Positions 1 to 16,600 of a DNA stretch of 64,000 nucleotides are shown here, one piece after another; within the stretch, counting starts at the first letter, position 1, and the number at the start of each line of letters is the position of its first letter. Origin of the DNA: Eledone cirrhosa (Eukaryota); assembly GCA_964016885.1 (NCBI GenBank), contig OZ024741.1, forward strand, positions 236,778,001 through 236,842,000. The letters are read 5' to 3'. The translations under genes were made by a program, and so were the position numbers. The notes under the pieces are model-generated. The model ran no database searches. It was not told where the DNA came from and was given only the letters and a program-made list of their open reading frames with translations.

Positions 1-3000
1 ACACACACTCTTGATTCACTGCTATGTAGTCAATAGTATGACTGTTAACCCACACACATTTGATTCACTGCTATGTAGTCAATAGTATGATTGTTAACTC
101 TACACACGTGATTCACTGCTATGTAGTCAATAGTATGACTGTTAACACACACACACTTAATTCACTTCTATGTAGTCAATAGCATGACTGTTAACACACA
201 CACACTTGATTCACTGCTATGTAGTCAATAGTATGACTGTTAACTCTACACACTTGATTCACTGCTATGTAGTCAATAGTATAACTGTTAACTCTACACA
301 CTTGATTCACTGCTATGTAGTGAATAGTATGACTGTTAACACACACACACTTGATTCACTGCTATGTAGTCAATAGTATGACTGTTAACACACACACACT
401 TCATTCACTGCTATGTAGTCAATATTATGATTGTTAACTCTACACACTTAATTCAATGCTATGTAGTCAATAGCATGACTGTTAACACACACACACTTGA
501 TTCACTGCTATGTAGTCAATAGTATGACTGTTAACACACACACACGATTCACTGCTATGTAGTTAATAGTATGACTGTTAACACACACACACTTGATTCA
601 CTGCTATGTAGTCAATAGTATGACTGTTAACACACACACACATGATTCACTGCTATGTAGTCAATAGTATGACTGTTAACACACACACACTTGATTCACT
701 GCTATGTAGTCAATAGTATGACTGTTAACACACACACACTTGATTCACTGCTATGGAGTCAATATTATGATTGTTAACTCTACACACGTGATTCACTGCT
801 ATGTAGTCAATAGTATGACTGTTAACTCTACACACTTGATTCACTGCTATGTAGTCAAGAGTATCGCTGTTGATGCACACACACTTGATTCACTGCTATG
901 TAGTCAATAGCATGACTGTTAACTCTACACACTTAATTCACTGCTATGTAGTCAATAGTATGACTGTTAACACACACACACTTAATTCACTGCTATGTAG
1001 TCAATAGCATGACTGTTAACACACACACACTTGATTCACTGCTATGTAGTCAATAGTATGACTGTTAACACACACACACTTGATTCACTGCTATGTAGCT
1101 AATAGTATGACTGTTAACACACACACACTTGATTCACTGCTATGTATTCAATAGTATGGCTATTGATTCCCACACACCTGATTCACTGCAATGTAGTCAA
1201 TAGTATGACTGTTAACTCTACACACTTGATTCACTGCTATCTAGTCAATAGTATGACTCTTAACACACACAGACTTAATTCACTGCTATGTAGTCAATAG
1301 TATGATTGTTAACACACACACACTTGATTCACTGCTTATGTAGTCAATAGTACAACTGTTAACTCTACACACTTGATTCACTGCTCTGTAGTTAATAGTA
1401 TGACTGTTAACACACACACACACTTGAATCACTGCTATGTAGCCAATAGTATGACTGTTAACACACACACACTTGATTCACTGCTATGTAGTCAATAGTA
1501 TGACTGTTAACACATACACTTGATTCACTGTTATGTAGTCAATAGTATGACTCTTAACACACAAACACTTGATTCACTGCTATGTAGTCAATAGTATAAC
1601 TGTTATCTCTACACACTTGATACATGATTCACTGCTATGTAGTCAATAGTATGACTTTTAACACACATACACTTGATTCACTGCTATTTAGTCAATAGTA
1701 TGACTGTTAACACACACACTTCATTCACTGCTATGTAGTCAATATTATGATTGTTAACTCTACACACGTGATTCACTGCTATGTAGTCAATAGTATGACT
1801 GTTAACTCTACACACTTGATTCACTGCTATGTAGTCAAGAGTATGGCTGTTGACGCACACACACTTGATTCACTGCTATGTAGTCAATAGTATGACTGTT
1901 AACTCTACACACACTTGATTCACTGCTATGTAGTCAATAGATTACTGTTAACTCTACACACGTGATTCACTGCTATGTAGTCAATAGTATGACTGTTAAG
2001 GCTAAACACTTGATTCACTGCTATGTAGTCAATAGCATGTCTGTTAACTCTACACACTTAATTCACTGCTATGTAGTCAATAGTATGACTGTTAACTCAC
2101 ACACACTTGATTCACTGCTATGTAGTCAATAGTATGACTGTTAACACACACACACTTGATTCACTGCTATGTGGTCAATAGTATGACTGTTAACTCTACA
2201 CACACACACACACACTGCATTCACTGCTATGTAGTCAATCCTATGACTGTTAACACACACAAACTTGATTCACTGCTATGTATACAATAGTATGATTGTT
2301 AACACACACACACTTGATTCACTGATATGTCGTCAATAGTTCGACTGTTAAGTCTACATACTTGATTCACTGTTATGTAGTCAATAGCATGACTGTTAAC
2401 TCTACACACTTGATTCACTGCTATGTAGTCAATAGTATGACTCTTAACTCTACACACTTGATTCACTACTATGTAGTGAATAGTATGACTGTTAACACAC
2501 ACACACTTGATTCACTGCTATGTAGTCAATAGTATGACTGTTAACACACACACACTTCATTCACTGCTATGTAGTCAATATTATGATTGTTAACTCTACA
2601 CACGTGATTCACTGCTGTGTAGTCAATATTATGACTGTTAACACACACACACTTAATTCACTGCTATGTAGTCAATAGCATGACTGTTAACTCTACACAC
2701 TTGATTCGCTGCTATGTAGTCAATAACATGACTGATAACACACACACACTTGATTCACTGCTATGTAGTCAATAGTACGACTGTTAACACACACACTTGA
2801 TTCACTGCCATCTACTCAATAGTATGACTGTTAACACACACACACACTTGATTCACTGCTATGTAGTCAATAGTTTGATTGTTAACACACACACACTTGA
2901 TTCACTGCTTATGTAGTCAATAGTATAACTGTTAACTCTACACACTTGATTCACTGCTCTGTAGTCAATATTATGACTGTTAACACACACACACTTCAAT

Positions 3001-6000
3001 CACTGCTATGTAGTCAATAGTATGACTGTTAACACTCACACTTGATTCACTGTTATGTAGTCAATAGTATGACTGTTATCACACAAACACTTGATTCACT
3101 GCTATGTAGTCAATAGTATAACTGTTAACTCTACACACTTGATTCACTACTATGTAGTGAATAGTATGACTGTTATCACACACACATTTGATTCACTGCT
3201 ATGTAGACAATAGTATAACTGTTAACTCTACACACTTGATTCACTGTTATGTAGTTAATAGTATGACTGTTAACGCTACACACGTGATTCACTGCTATGT
3301 AGTCAATAGTATGACTGTTAACGCTACACACTTGATTCACTGCTATGTAGTCAATAGCATGACTGTTAACTCTACACACTTGATTCACTGCTATGTAGTC
3401 AATAGTATGACTGTTAACACTACACACGTGATTCACTGCTATGTAGTCAATAGTATGACTGTTAACTCTACACACTTGATTCACTGCTATGTAGTCAATA
3501 GTATGACTATTAACTCTACACACTTGATTCACTGCTATGTAGTCAATAGTATGACTGTTAACACACACACACTTGATTCACTGCTATGTAGTCAATAGTA
3601 TAACTGTTAATTCTACACACTTGATACTTGATTCACTGCTATGTAGTCAATAGTATGACTGTTAACACACTCACACACTTCATTCACGGCTATGTAGTCA
3701 ATATTATGATTGTTAACTCTACACACGTGATTCACTGCTATGTAGTCAATAGTATGACTGTTAACTCTACACACTTGATTCACTGCTATGTAGTCAAGAT
3801 TATGGCTGTTGACGCACACACACTTGATTCACTGCTATGTAGTCAATAGTATGACTGTTAACACACACACACTTGATTCACTGTTATGTAGTCAATAGTA
3901 TGACTGTTAACTCTACACACACACTTGATTCACTGCCCTGTAGTCAATAGTATGACTGTTAACACAGACACACTTGATTCACAGCTATGTATTCAATAGT
4001 ATGGCTGTTAAATCTGTACACTTGATTTACTGCTATGTAGTCAATAGTATGACTGTTAACTCTACACACTTGATTCACTGCTATGTAGTCAATAGTATGA
4101 CTGTTAACACACACACACTTGTTTCACTTCTATGTAGTCAATAGTATGATTGTTAACACACACACACTTTATTCACTGCTTATGTAGTCAATATTATAAC
4201 TGTTAACTCTACACACTTGATTCACTGCTCTGTAGTCAACAGTATGACTGTTAACACACACACACTTGATTCACTGCTATGTAGTCAATAGTATGACTGT
4301 TAACACACAAACACTTGATTCACTGCTATGTAGTCAATAGTATGACTGTTAAAACACACACACTTTATTTATTGCTATGTAATCAATAGTATGACTGTTA
4401 ACACACACACAGTTGATTCACTGCTATGTAGTCAATAGTATGACTGTTATCACACACACACTTGGTTCAATGCTATGTAATCAATAGTATGACTGTTAAC
4501 TCTACACACTTGATTCACTGCTATGTAGTCAATAGTATGACTGTTAAAACACACACTCACTTGATTCACTGCTATGTAGTCAAGAGTATGACTGTTAACT
4601 CTACACACTTGATTCACTGCTATGTAGTTAATAGTATGACTGTCAACTCTACACACACACTTGATTCACTGCTCTGTAGTCAATAGTATGACTGTTAACA
4701 CAGACACACTTGATTCACAGCTATGTATTCAATAGTATGGCTGTTAAATCTGTACACTTGATTTACTGGTATGTAGTCAATAGTATGACTGTTAACTCTA
4801 CACACTTGATTCACTACTATGTATTCAATAGTATGACTGTTAACACACACACACTTCATTCGCTGCTATGTAGTCAATAGTATGACTGTTAACACACACA
4901 CACGTGATTCACTGCTATGTAGTCAATAGTATGACTGTTAACTTGATTCACTGCTATATAGTCAATAGTATGACTGTTAACTCTACACACTTGATTCATT
5001 GCAATGTAGTCATTAGTATGACTGTTAACACACACACTTGATTCACCGCTATGTAGTCAATAGTATGACTGTTAACACACAAACACTTGATTCACTGCTA
5101 TGTAGTCAATAGTATGATTGTTACCACACACACACTTGATTCACTGCTTATGTAGTCAATAGTATAACTGTTAACTCTACACACTTGATTCACTGCAATG
5201 TAGTCATTAGTATGACTGTTAATACACACACTTTATTCACTGCTATGTAGTCAATAGTATGACTGTTAACACACACACACTTGATTCACTGCTATGTAGT
5301 CAATAGTATGATTGTTAACACACACACACTTGATTCACCGCTTATGTAGTCAATAGTATAACTTTTAACTCTACACACTTGATTCACTGCTCTGTAGTCA
5401 ATAGTGTGACTGTTAACACACACACACACTTGATTCACTGCTATGTAGTCAATAGTATGACTGTTAACTCTACACACACACTTGATTCACTGCTATGTAG
5501 TAAATAGTATGACTGTTAACACACAAACACTTGATTCACTGCTATGTAGTAAATAGTATGACTGTTAACACACACACACTTGTTTCGGATCTATGTAGTC
5601 AATAGTATGACTGTTAACTCTACACACTTGATTCACTGCTATGTAGTCAATAGTATGACTGTTAACACACACACACTGGATTCACTGCTATGTAGTCTAT
5701 AGTATGAATGTTAACACACACACACTTCAATCACTGCTATGTAGTCAATAGTATGAATGTTAACACACACACACTTGATTCACTGCTATGTAATCAATAG
5801 TATGACTGTTATCACACACACACTTGATTCAATGCTATGTAGTCAATAGTATGACTGTTAACACACACACTCACTTGATTCACTGCTATGTAGTCAAGAG
5901 TATGACTGTTAACTCTACACACTTGATTCACTGATATGTAGTTAATAGTATTACTGTTAACTCTACACACTTGATTCACTGCTATGTAGTCAATAGTATG

Positions 6001-7037
6001 AATGTTAACACACACACACTTGATTCACTGCTATGTAGTCAATATTATGACTGTTAACACACACACACTTGATTCACTGCTATGTAGACAATAGTATGAC
6101 TGTTAACACACACACACACTTGATTCACTGTTATGTAGTCAATAGTATGACTGTTAACACACACATACTTGATTCACTGCTATGTAGTCAAGAGTATGAC
6201 TTAACTCTACACACATGATTCACTGTTATGTAGTCAATATTATGATTGTTAACTCTACACACTTGATTTACTGCTATGTAGTCAATAGTATGACTGTTAA
6301 CTCTACACACTTGATTCACTGCTATGTAGTCAATATTATGACTGTTAACACACACACACTTGATTCACTGCTATGTAGTTAATAGTATGACTGTTAACAC
6401 ACACACAAACTAGATTCACTGTTATGTAGTCAATAGTATGACTTTTAACTCAACACACACACTTGATTCACTGCTATGTAGTCAATAGTATGACTATTAA
6501 CACAGGCACACTTGATTCACTGCTATGTATTCAATAGTATGGCTGTTAAATCTGTACACTTGATTTACTGCTATGTAGTCAATAGTATGACTGTTAACTC
6601 TACACACTTGATTCACTGCTATGTATTCAATAGTATGACTGTTAACACACACACACTTCATTCGCTGCTATGTAGTCAATAGTATGACTGTTAACACACA
6701 CACAAACTTGATTCACTGTTATGTAGTCAATAGTATGACTGTTAACTCAACACACACACTTGATTCACTGCTATGTAGTCAATAGTATGACTATTAACAC
6801 AGGCACACTTGATTCACTGCTATGTATTCAATAGTATGGCTGTTAAATCTGTACACTTGATTCACAGTTATGTAGTCAATAGTATGACTGTTAACTCTAC
6901 ACACACACTTGATTCACTGCTATGTAGTCAAAAGTATGACTGTTAACACACAAACACTTGATTCACTGCTACGTAATCAATAGTATGACCGTTAATTCTA
7001 CACACTTGATTCACTGCTATGTAGTCAATAGTATGAT

Positions 7038-10000
7038 TGTTAACACACACACTCACTTGATTCACTGCTATGTAGTCAAGAGTATGACAGTTAACTCTAC
7101 ACACTTGATTCACTGCTATGTAGTCAATAGTATGACTGTTAACACACACACTCACTTGATTCACTGCTATGTAGTCAAGAGTATGACTGTTAACTCTACA
7201 CACTTGATTCACTGCTATGCAGTTAATAGTATGACTGTTAACTCTACACACTTGTTTCACTGCTATGTAGTCAATAGCATGAATGTTAACACACACACAC
7301 TTGATTCACTGCTATGTAGTCAATATTATGACTGTTAACACACACACACTTGATTCACTGCTATGTAGTCAATAGTATGACTGTTAACACACACACACAC
7401 TTGATTCACTGTTATGTAGTCAATAGTATGACTGATAACACACACACACTTGATTCACTGCTATGTAGTCAATAGTATAACTTTTAACTCTACACACTTG
7501 ATACTTGATTCACTGCTATGTAGTCAATAGTATGACTGTTAACACACACACACACTTCATTCACTGCTATGTAGTCAATATTATGATTGTTAACTCTACA
7601 CACGTGCTTCACTGCTATGTAGTCAATAGTATGACCGTTAACTCTACACACTTGATTCACTGCTATGTAGTCAAGATTATGGCTGTTGACGCACACACAC
7701 TTGATTCACTGCTATGTAGTCAATAGTATGACTGTTAACACACACACACTTGATTCACTGTTATGTAGTCAATAGTATGATTGTTAACTCAACACACACA
7801 CTTGATTCACTGCTATGTAGTCAATAGTATGACTATTAACACAGACACACTTGATTCACTGCTATGTATTCAATAGTATGGCTGTTAAATCTGTACACTT
7901 GATTTACTGCTATGTAGTCAATAGTATGACTGTTAACTCTACACACTTGATTCACTGCTATGTATTCAATAGTATGACTGTTAATACACACACACTTCAT
8001 TCGCTGCTATGTAGTCAATATAATGACTGTTAACACACACACACGTGATTCACTGCTATGTAGTCAATAGTATGACTGTTAACGCAAAAACACTTGATTC
8101 ACAGTTATGTAGTCAATAGTATGACTGTTAACTCTACACACACACTTGATTCACTGCTATGTAGTCAATAGTATGACTGTTAACACACAAACACTTGATT
8201 CACTGCTATGTAGTAAATAGTATGACTGTTAACTCTACACACTTGATTCACTGCTATATAGTCAATAGTATGACAGTTAACTCTACACACTTGATTCACT
8301 GCTATATATTCAATAGTGTGACTGTTAACACAGACACACTTGATTCACTGCTATGTATTCAATAGTATGACTGTTAACTCTACACACTTGATTCACTGCT
8401 ATATAGTCAATAGTATGACTGTTAACACAGACACACTTGATTCACTGCTATGTATTCAATAGTATGACTGTTAACTCTACACACTTGATTCACTGCTATG
8501 TAGTCAATATTATTACTGTTAACACACACACACTTGATTCACTGCTATGTAGTCAATAGCCTGACTGTTAACACACACACACACTTGATTCACTGCTATG
8601 TAGTCAATAGTATGACTGTAAACACAGCCACACTCCATTCACTGCTATGTAGTCAACATTATGATTGTTAACTCTACACACGTGCTTCACTGCTATGTAG
8701 TCAATAGTATGACTGTTAATTCTACACACTTTATTCACTGCTATATAGTCAATAGTATGACTGTTAACTCTACACACTTGATTCACTGCAATGTAGTCAT
8801 TAGTATGACTGTTAACACACACACTTGATTCACTGCTATGTAGTCAATAGTATGACTGTTAACACACACACACTTGATTCACTGCTATGTAGTCAATAGT
8901 ATGATTGTTAACACACACACACTTGATTCACTGCTATGTAGTCAATAGTATAACTGTTAACTCTACACACTTGATTCACTGCTCTGTAGTCAATAGTATG
9001 ACTGTTAACACACACACTCACTTGATTCACTGCTATGTAGTCAAGAGTATGACAGTTAACTCTACACACTTGATTCACTGCTATGTAGTCAATAGTATGA
9101 CTGTTAACACACACACTCACTTGATTCACTGCTATGTAGTCAAGAGTATGACTGTTAACTCTACACACTTGATTCACTGCTATGCAGTTAATAGTATGAC
9201 TGTTAACTCTACACACTTGTTTCACTGCTATGTAGTCAATAGCATGAATGTTAACACACACACACTTGATTCACTGCTATGTAGTCAATATTATGACTGT
9301 TAACACACACACACTTGATTCACTGCTATGTAGTCAATAGTATGACTGTTAACACACACACACACTTGATTCACTGTTATGTAGTCAATAGTATGACTGA
9401 TAACACACACACACTTGATTCACTGCTATGTAGTCAATAGTATAACTTTTAACTCTACACACTTGATACTTGATTCACTGCTATGTAGTCAATAGTATGA
9501 CTGTTAACACACACACACACTTCATTCACTGCTATGTAGTCAATATTATGATTGTTAACTCTACACACGTGCTTCACTGCTATGTAGTCAATAGTATGAC
9601 CGTTAACTCTACACACTTGATTCACTGCTATGTAGTCAAGATTATGGCTGTTGACGCACACACACTTGATTCACTGCTATGTAGTCAATAGTATGACTGT
9701 TAACACACACACACTTGATTCATTGTTATGTAGTCAATAGTATGATTGTTAACTCAACACACACACTTGATTCACTGCTATGTAGTCAATAGTATGACTA
9801 TTAACACAGACACACTTGATTCACTGCTATGTATTCAATAGTATGGCTGTTAAATCTGTACACTTGATTTACTGCTATGTAGTCAATAGTATGACTGTTA
9901 ACTCTACACACTTGATTCACTGCTATGTATTCAATAGTATGACTGTTAATACACACACACTTCATTCGCTGCTATGTAGTCAATATTATGACTGTTAACA

Positions 10001-10967
10001 CACACACACGTGATTCACTGCTATGTAGTCAATAGTATGACTGTTAACGCAAAAACACTTGATTCACAGTTATGTAGTCAATAGTATGACTGTTAACTCT
10101 ACACACACACTTGATTCACTGCTATGTAGTCAATAGTATGACTGTTAACACACAAACACTTGATTCACTGCTATGTAGTAAATAGTATGACTGTTAACTC
10201 TACACACTTGATTCACTGCTATATAGTCAATAATATGACAGTTAACTCTACACACTTGATTCACTTCTATATATTCAATAGTGTGACTGTTAACACAGAC
10301 ACACTTGATTCACTGCTATGTATTCAATAGTATGACTGTTAACTCTACACACTTGATTCACTGCTATATAGTCAATAGTATGACTGTTAACACAGACACA
10401 CTTGATTCACTGCTATGTATTCAATAGTATGACTGTTAACTCTACACACTTGATTCACTGCTATGTAGTCAATATTATTACTGTTAACACACACACACTT
10501 GATTCACTGCTATGTAGTCAATAGCCTGACTGTTAACACACACACACACTTGATTCACTGCTATGTAGTCAATAGTATGACTGTAAACACAGCCACACTC
10601 CATTCACTGCTATGTAGTCAACATTATGATTGTTAACTCTACACACGTGCTTCACTGCTATGTAGTCAATAGTATGACTGTTAATTCTACACACTTTATT
10701 CACTGCTATATAGTCAATAGTATGACTGTTAACTCTACACACTTGATTCACTGCAATGTAGTCATTAGTATGACTGTTAACACACACACTTGATTCACTG
10801 CTATGTAGTCAATAGTATGACTGTTAACACACACACACTTGATTCACTGCTATGTAGTCAATAGTATGATTGTTAACACACACACACTTGATTCACTGCT
10901 ATGTAGTCAATAGTATAACTGTTAACTCTACACACTTGATTCACTGCTCTGTAGTCAATAGTATGAC
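7038..10967 (+). repeat. Tandem duplication of a 1965-bp block (about 40 monomers)
   Basis: Identical or near-identical ORF translations at a constant 1965 offset (7490/9455, 7851/9816, 8604/10569). The rare variant GTAAACACAGCCACACTCCATTC is in both copies. Only a handful of differences were seen. Confidence 0.9.
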
Positions 10968-11178
10968 TGTTAACACACACACACTTGATTCACTGCTATG
11001 TAGTCAATAGTATAACTGTTAACTCTACACACTTGATTCACTGCTCTGTAGTCAATAGTATGACTGTTAACACACACACACTTGATTCACTGCTATGTAG
11101 TCAATAGTATAACTGTTAACTCTACACACTTGATTCACTGCTCTGTAGTCAATAGTATGACTGTTAACACACACACAC
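10888..11178 (+). repeat. Local dimer higher-order repeat, 3 x 97 bp
   Basis: A 48-mer with TATAACT followed by a 49-mer with GCTCTGT, starting at 10888, 10985 and 11082. Confidence 0.85.
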
Positions 11179-13690
11179 TTGATTCACTGCTATGTAGTCA
11201 ATATTACGACTGTTAACACACACACACTTGATTCACTGTTATGTAGTCAATAGTATGACTGTTAACACACACACACTTGATTCACTGCTATGTAGTCAAT
11301 ATTCTGATTGTTAACTCTACACACGTGATTCACTGCTATGTAGTCAATAGTATGACTATTAACTCTACACACTTGATTCACTGCTATGTAGTCAATAGTA
11401 TGACTGTTAACACACACAAACAGTTGATTCACTGCTATGTAGTAATAGTATGACTGTTATCACACACACACTTGATTCACTGCTATGTAATCAATAGTAT
11501 GACCGTTAATTCTACACACTTGATTCACTGCTATGTAGTCAATAGTATGACTGTTAACACACACACTCACTTGATTCACTGCTATGTAGTCAAGAATATG
11601 ACTGTTAACTCTACACACTTGATTCACTGCTATGTAGTCAATAGTATGACTGTTAACGCACACACTCACTTGATTCACTGCTATGTAGTCAAGAGTATGA
11701 CTGTTAACTCTACACACTTGATTCACTGCTATGTAGTCAATAATATGAATGTTATCACACACACACTTGATTCACTGCTATGTAGTCAATAGTATGACTG
11801 TTAACACACAAACACACTTGATTCACTGTTATGTAGTCAATAGTATGACTGTTAACACACACACACTTGATTCACTGCTATGTAGTCAATAGTATAACTT
11901 TTAACTCTACACACTTGATACTTGATTCACTGCTATGTAGTCAATAGTATGACTGTTAACACACACACACACTTCATTCACTGCTATGTAGTCAATATTA
12001 TGATTGTTAACTCTACACACGTGATTCACTGCTATGTAATCAATAGTATGACTGTTAACTCTACACACTTGATTCACTGCTATGTAGTCATGATTATGGC
12101 TGTTGACGCACACACACTTGTTTCACTGCTATGTAGTCAATATTACGACTGTTAACACACACAAACAGTTGATTCACTGCTATGTAGTCAATAGTATGAC
12201 TGTTATCACACACACACTTGATTCACTGCTATGTATTCAATAGTATGGCTGTTAAATCTGTACACTTGATTTACTGCTATGTAGTCAATAGTATGACTGT
12301 TAACTCTACACACTTGATTCACTGCTATGTATTCAATAGTATGACTGTTAATACACACACACTTCATTCGCTGCTATGTAGTCAATATTATGACTGTTAA
12401 CACACACACACGTGATTCACTGCTATGTAGTCAATAGTATGACTGTTAACGCAAAAACACTTGATTCACAGTTATGTAGTCAATAGTATGACTGTTAACT
12501 CTACACACACACTTGATTCACTGCTATGTAGTCAATAGTATGACTGTTAACACACAAACACTTGATTCACTGCTATGTAGTAAATAGTATGACTGTTAAC
12601 TCTACACACTTGATTCACTGCTATATAGTCAATAGTATGACAGTTAACTCTACACACTTGATTCACTGCTATATATTCAATAGTGTGACTGTTAACACAG
12701 ACACACTTGATTCACTGCTATGTATTCAATAGTATGACTGTTAACTCTACACACTTGATTCACTGCTATATAGTCAATAGTATGACTGTTAACACAGACA
12801 CACTTGATTCACTGCTATGTATTCAATAGTATGACTGTTAACTCTACACACTTGATTCACTGCTATGTAGTCAATATTATTACTGTTAACACACACACAC
12901 TTGATTCACTGCTCTGTAGTCAATAGTATGACTGTTAACACACACACACTTGATTCACTGCTATGTAGTCAATATTACGACTGTTAACACACACACACTT
13001 GATTCACTGTTATGTAGTCAATAGTATGACTGTTAACACACACACACTTGATTCACTGCTATGTAGTCAATATTCTGATTGTTAACTCTACACACGTGAT
13101 TCACTGCTATGTAGTCAATAGTATGACTATTAACTCTACACACTTGATTCACTGCTATGTAGTCAATAGTATGACTGTTAACACACACAAACAGTTGATT
13201 CACTGCTATGTAGTCAATAGTATGACTGTTATCACACACACACTTGATTCACTGCTATGTAATCAATAGTATGACCGTTAATTCTACACACTTGATTCAC
13301 TGCTATGTAGTCAATAGTATGACTGTTAACACACACACTCACTTGATTCACTGCTATGTAGTCAAGAATATGACTGTTAACTCTACACACTTGATTCACT
13401 GCTATGTAGTCAATAGTATGACTGTTAACGCACACACTCACTTGATTCACTGCTATGTAGTCAAGAGTATGACTGTTAACTCTACACACTTGATTCACTG
13501 CTATGTAGTCAATAATATGAATGTTATCACACACACACTTGATTCACTGCTATGTAGTCAATAGTATGACTGTTAACACACAAACACACTTGATTCACTG
13601 TTATGTAGTCAATAGTATGACTGTTAACACACACACACTTGATTCACTGCTATGTAGTCAATAGTATAACTTTTAACTCTACACACTTGA
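11130..13690 (+). repeat. Duplicated block of about 0.8 kb at offset about 1772 (about 11130-11920 and 12900-13690)
   Basis: Identical ORF translations 11460/13232 and 11472/13244; shared rare variants ATATTCTGATT, AAACAGTTG and CAAGAATATG. Confidence 0.8.
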
Positions 13691-16600
13691 TACTTCATTC
13701 ACTGCTATGTAGTCAATATTATGATTGTTAACTCTACACACGTGATTCACTGCTATGTAATCAATAGTATGACTGTTAACTCTACACACTTGATTCACTG
13801 CTATGTAGTCATGATTATGGCTGTTGACGCACACACACTTGTTTCACTGCTATGTAGTCAATAGTACGACTGTTAACTCTACACATTTGATTCACTGTTC
13901 TGTAGTCAATAGCATGACTTTTAACACACACACACACTTGATTCACTGCTATGTAGTCAATAGTATGACTGTTAACTCTACACACACACTTGATTCACTG
14001 CTATGTAGTCAATAGTATGACTATTAACACAGACACACTTGATTCACTGCTATGTATTCAATAGTATGGCTGTTAAATCTGTACACTTGATTTACTGCTA
14101 TGTAGTCAATAGTATCTACTCTTAACACACACACATGTGATTCACTGCTATGTAGTCAATAGTATGACTGTTAACGCAAAAACACTTGATTCACAGTTAT
14201 GTAGTCAATAGTATGACTGTTAACTCTACACACACACTTGATTCACTGCTATGTAGTCAATAGTATGACTGTTAACTTACAAACACACTTGATTCACTGC
14301 TACGTAATCAATAGTATGACCGTTAATTCTACACACTTGATTCACTGCTGTGTAGTCAATAGTATGACTGTTAACACAAACACTCACTTGATTCACTGCT
14401 ATGTATTCAATAGTATGACTGTTAACACACACACACTTCATTCGCTGCTATGTAGTCAATAGTATGACTGTTAACACACACACACGTCATTCACTGCTAT
14501 GTAGTCAATAGTATGACTGTTAACGCAAAAACACTTGATTCACAGTTATGTAGTCAATAGTATGACTGTTAACTCTACACACACACTTGATTCACTGCTA
14601 TGTAGTCAATAGTATGACTGTTAACACACAAACACTTGATTCACTGTTACGTAATCAATAGTATGACCGTTAATTCTACACACTTTATTCACTGCTATGT
14701 AGTCAATAGTATGACTGTTAACACACACACTCACTTGATTCACTGCTATGTAGTCAAGAGTATGACTGTTAACTCTACACACTTGATTCACTGCTATGTA
14801 GTCAATTGTATGACTGTTAACACACACACTCACTTGATTCACTGCTATGTAGTCAAGAGTATGACTGTTAACTCTACACACTTGATTCACTGCTATGCAG
14901 TTAATAGTATGACTGTTAACTCTACACACTTGATTCACTGCTATGTAGTCAATAGTATGAATGTTAACACACACACACTTGATTCACTGCTATGTAGTCA
15001 ATATTATGACTGTTAACACACACACACTTGATTCACTGCTATGTAGTCAATAGTATGACTGTTAACACACACACACACTTGATTCACTGTTATGTAGTCA
15101 ATAGTATGACTGTTAAATCACACACTTGATTCACTGCTATGTAGTCAATAGTATAACTTTTAACTCTACACACTTGATACTTGATTCACTGCTATGTAGT
15201 CAATAGTATGACTGTTAACACACACACACACTTCATTCACTGCTATGTAGTCAATATTATGATTGTCAACTCTACACACGTGCTTCACTGCTAAGTAGTC
15301 AATAGTATGACTGTTAACTCTACACACTTGATTCACTGCTATGTAGTCAAGATTATGGCCGTTGACGCACACACACTTGATTCACTGCTATGTAGTCAAT
15401 AGTATGACTGTTAACACACACACACTTGATTCACTGTTATGTAGTCAATAGTATGACTGTTAACTCAACACACACACTTGATTCACTGTTATGTAGTCAA
15501 TAGTATGACTATTAACACAGACACACTTGATTCACTGCTATGTATTCAATAGTATGGCTGTTAAATCTGTACACTTGATTTATTGCTATGTAGTCAATAG
15601 TATGACTGTTAACTCTACACACTTGATTCACTGCTATGTATTTAATAGTATGACTGTTAACACACACACACTTCATTCGCTGCTATGTAGTCAATAGTAT
15701 GACTGTTAACACACACACACGTGATTCACTGCTATGTAGTCAATAGTATGACTGTTAACGCAAAAACACTTGATTCACAGTTATGTAGTCAATAGTATGA
15801 CTGTTAACTTTACACACACACTTGATTCACTGCTATGTAGTCAATAGTATGACTGTTAACACACAAACACTTGATTCACTGCTATGTAGTAAATAGTATG
15901 ACTGTTAACTCTACACACTTGATTCACTACTATATAGTCAATAGTATGACAGTTAACTCTACACACTTGATTCACTGCTATATAGTCAATAGTATGACTG
16001 CTAACTCTACACACTTGATTCACTGCTATGTAGTTAATAGTATGACTCTTAACTCTACACACTTGATTCACTGCTATGTAGTCAATAGTATGACTGTTAA
16101 CACACACACACTTGATTCACTGCTATGTAGTCAATATTATGACTGTTAACAGACACACACTTGATTCACTGCTATATAGTCAATAGTATGACTGTTAACA
16201 CACACACACTTGATTCACTGCTATGTAGTCAATAGTATAACTGTTAACTCTACACACTTGATTCTTGATTCACTGCTATGTAGTCAATAGTATGACTGTT
16301 AACACACACACACTTTATTCACAGCTATGTATACAATATTATGATTGTTAACTCTACACACGTGATTCACTGCTATGTATTCAATAGTATAACTGTTAAC
16401 ACACACACACTTGATTCACTGCTATGTAGTCAATAGTATGACTGTTAACACACACACACTTTATTCACTGCTATGTATTCAATAGTATGATTGTTAACTC
16501 TACACACTTGATTCACTGCAATGTAGTCATTAGTATGACTGTTAACACACACACTTGATTCACTGCTATGTATTCAATAGTATGACTGTTAACACACACA

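Noticed and set aside
2198-2215. Longer (AC)n tract
   Set aside because: Simple slippage expansion of the normal linker, not a separate feature.
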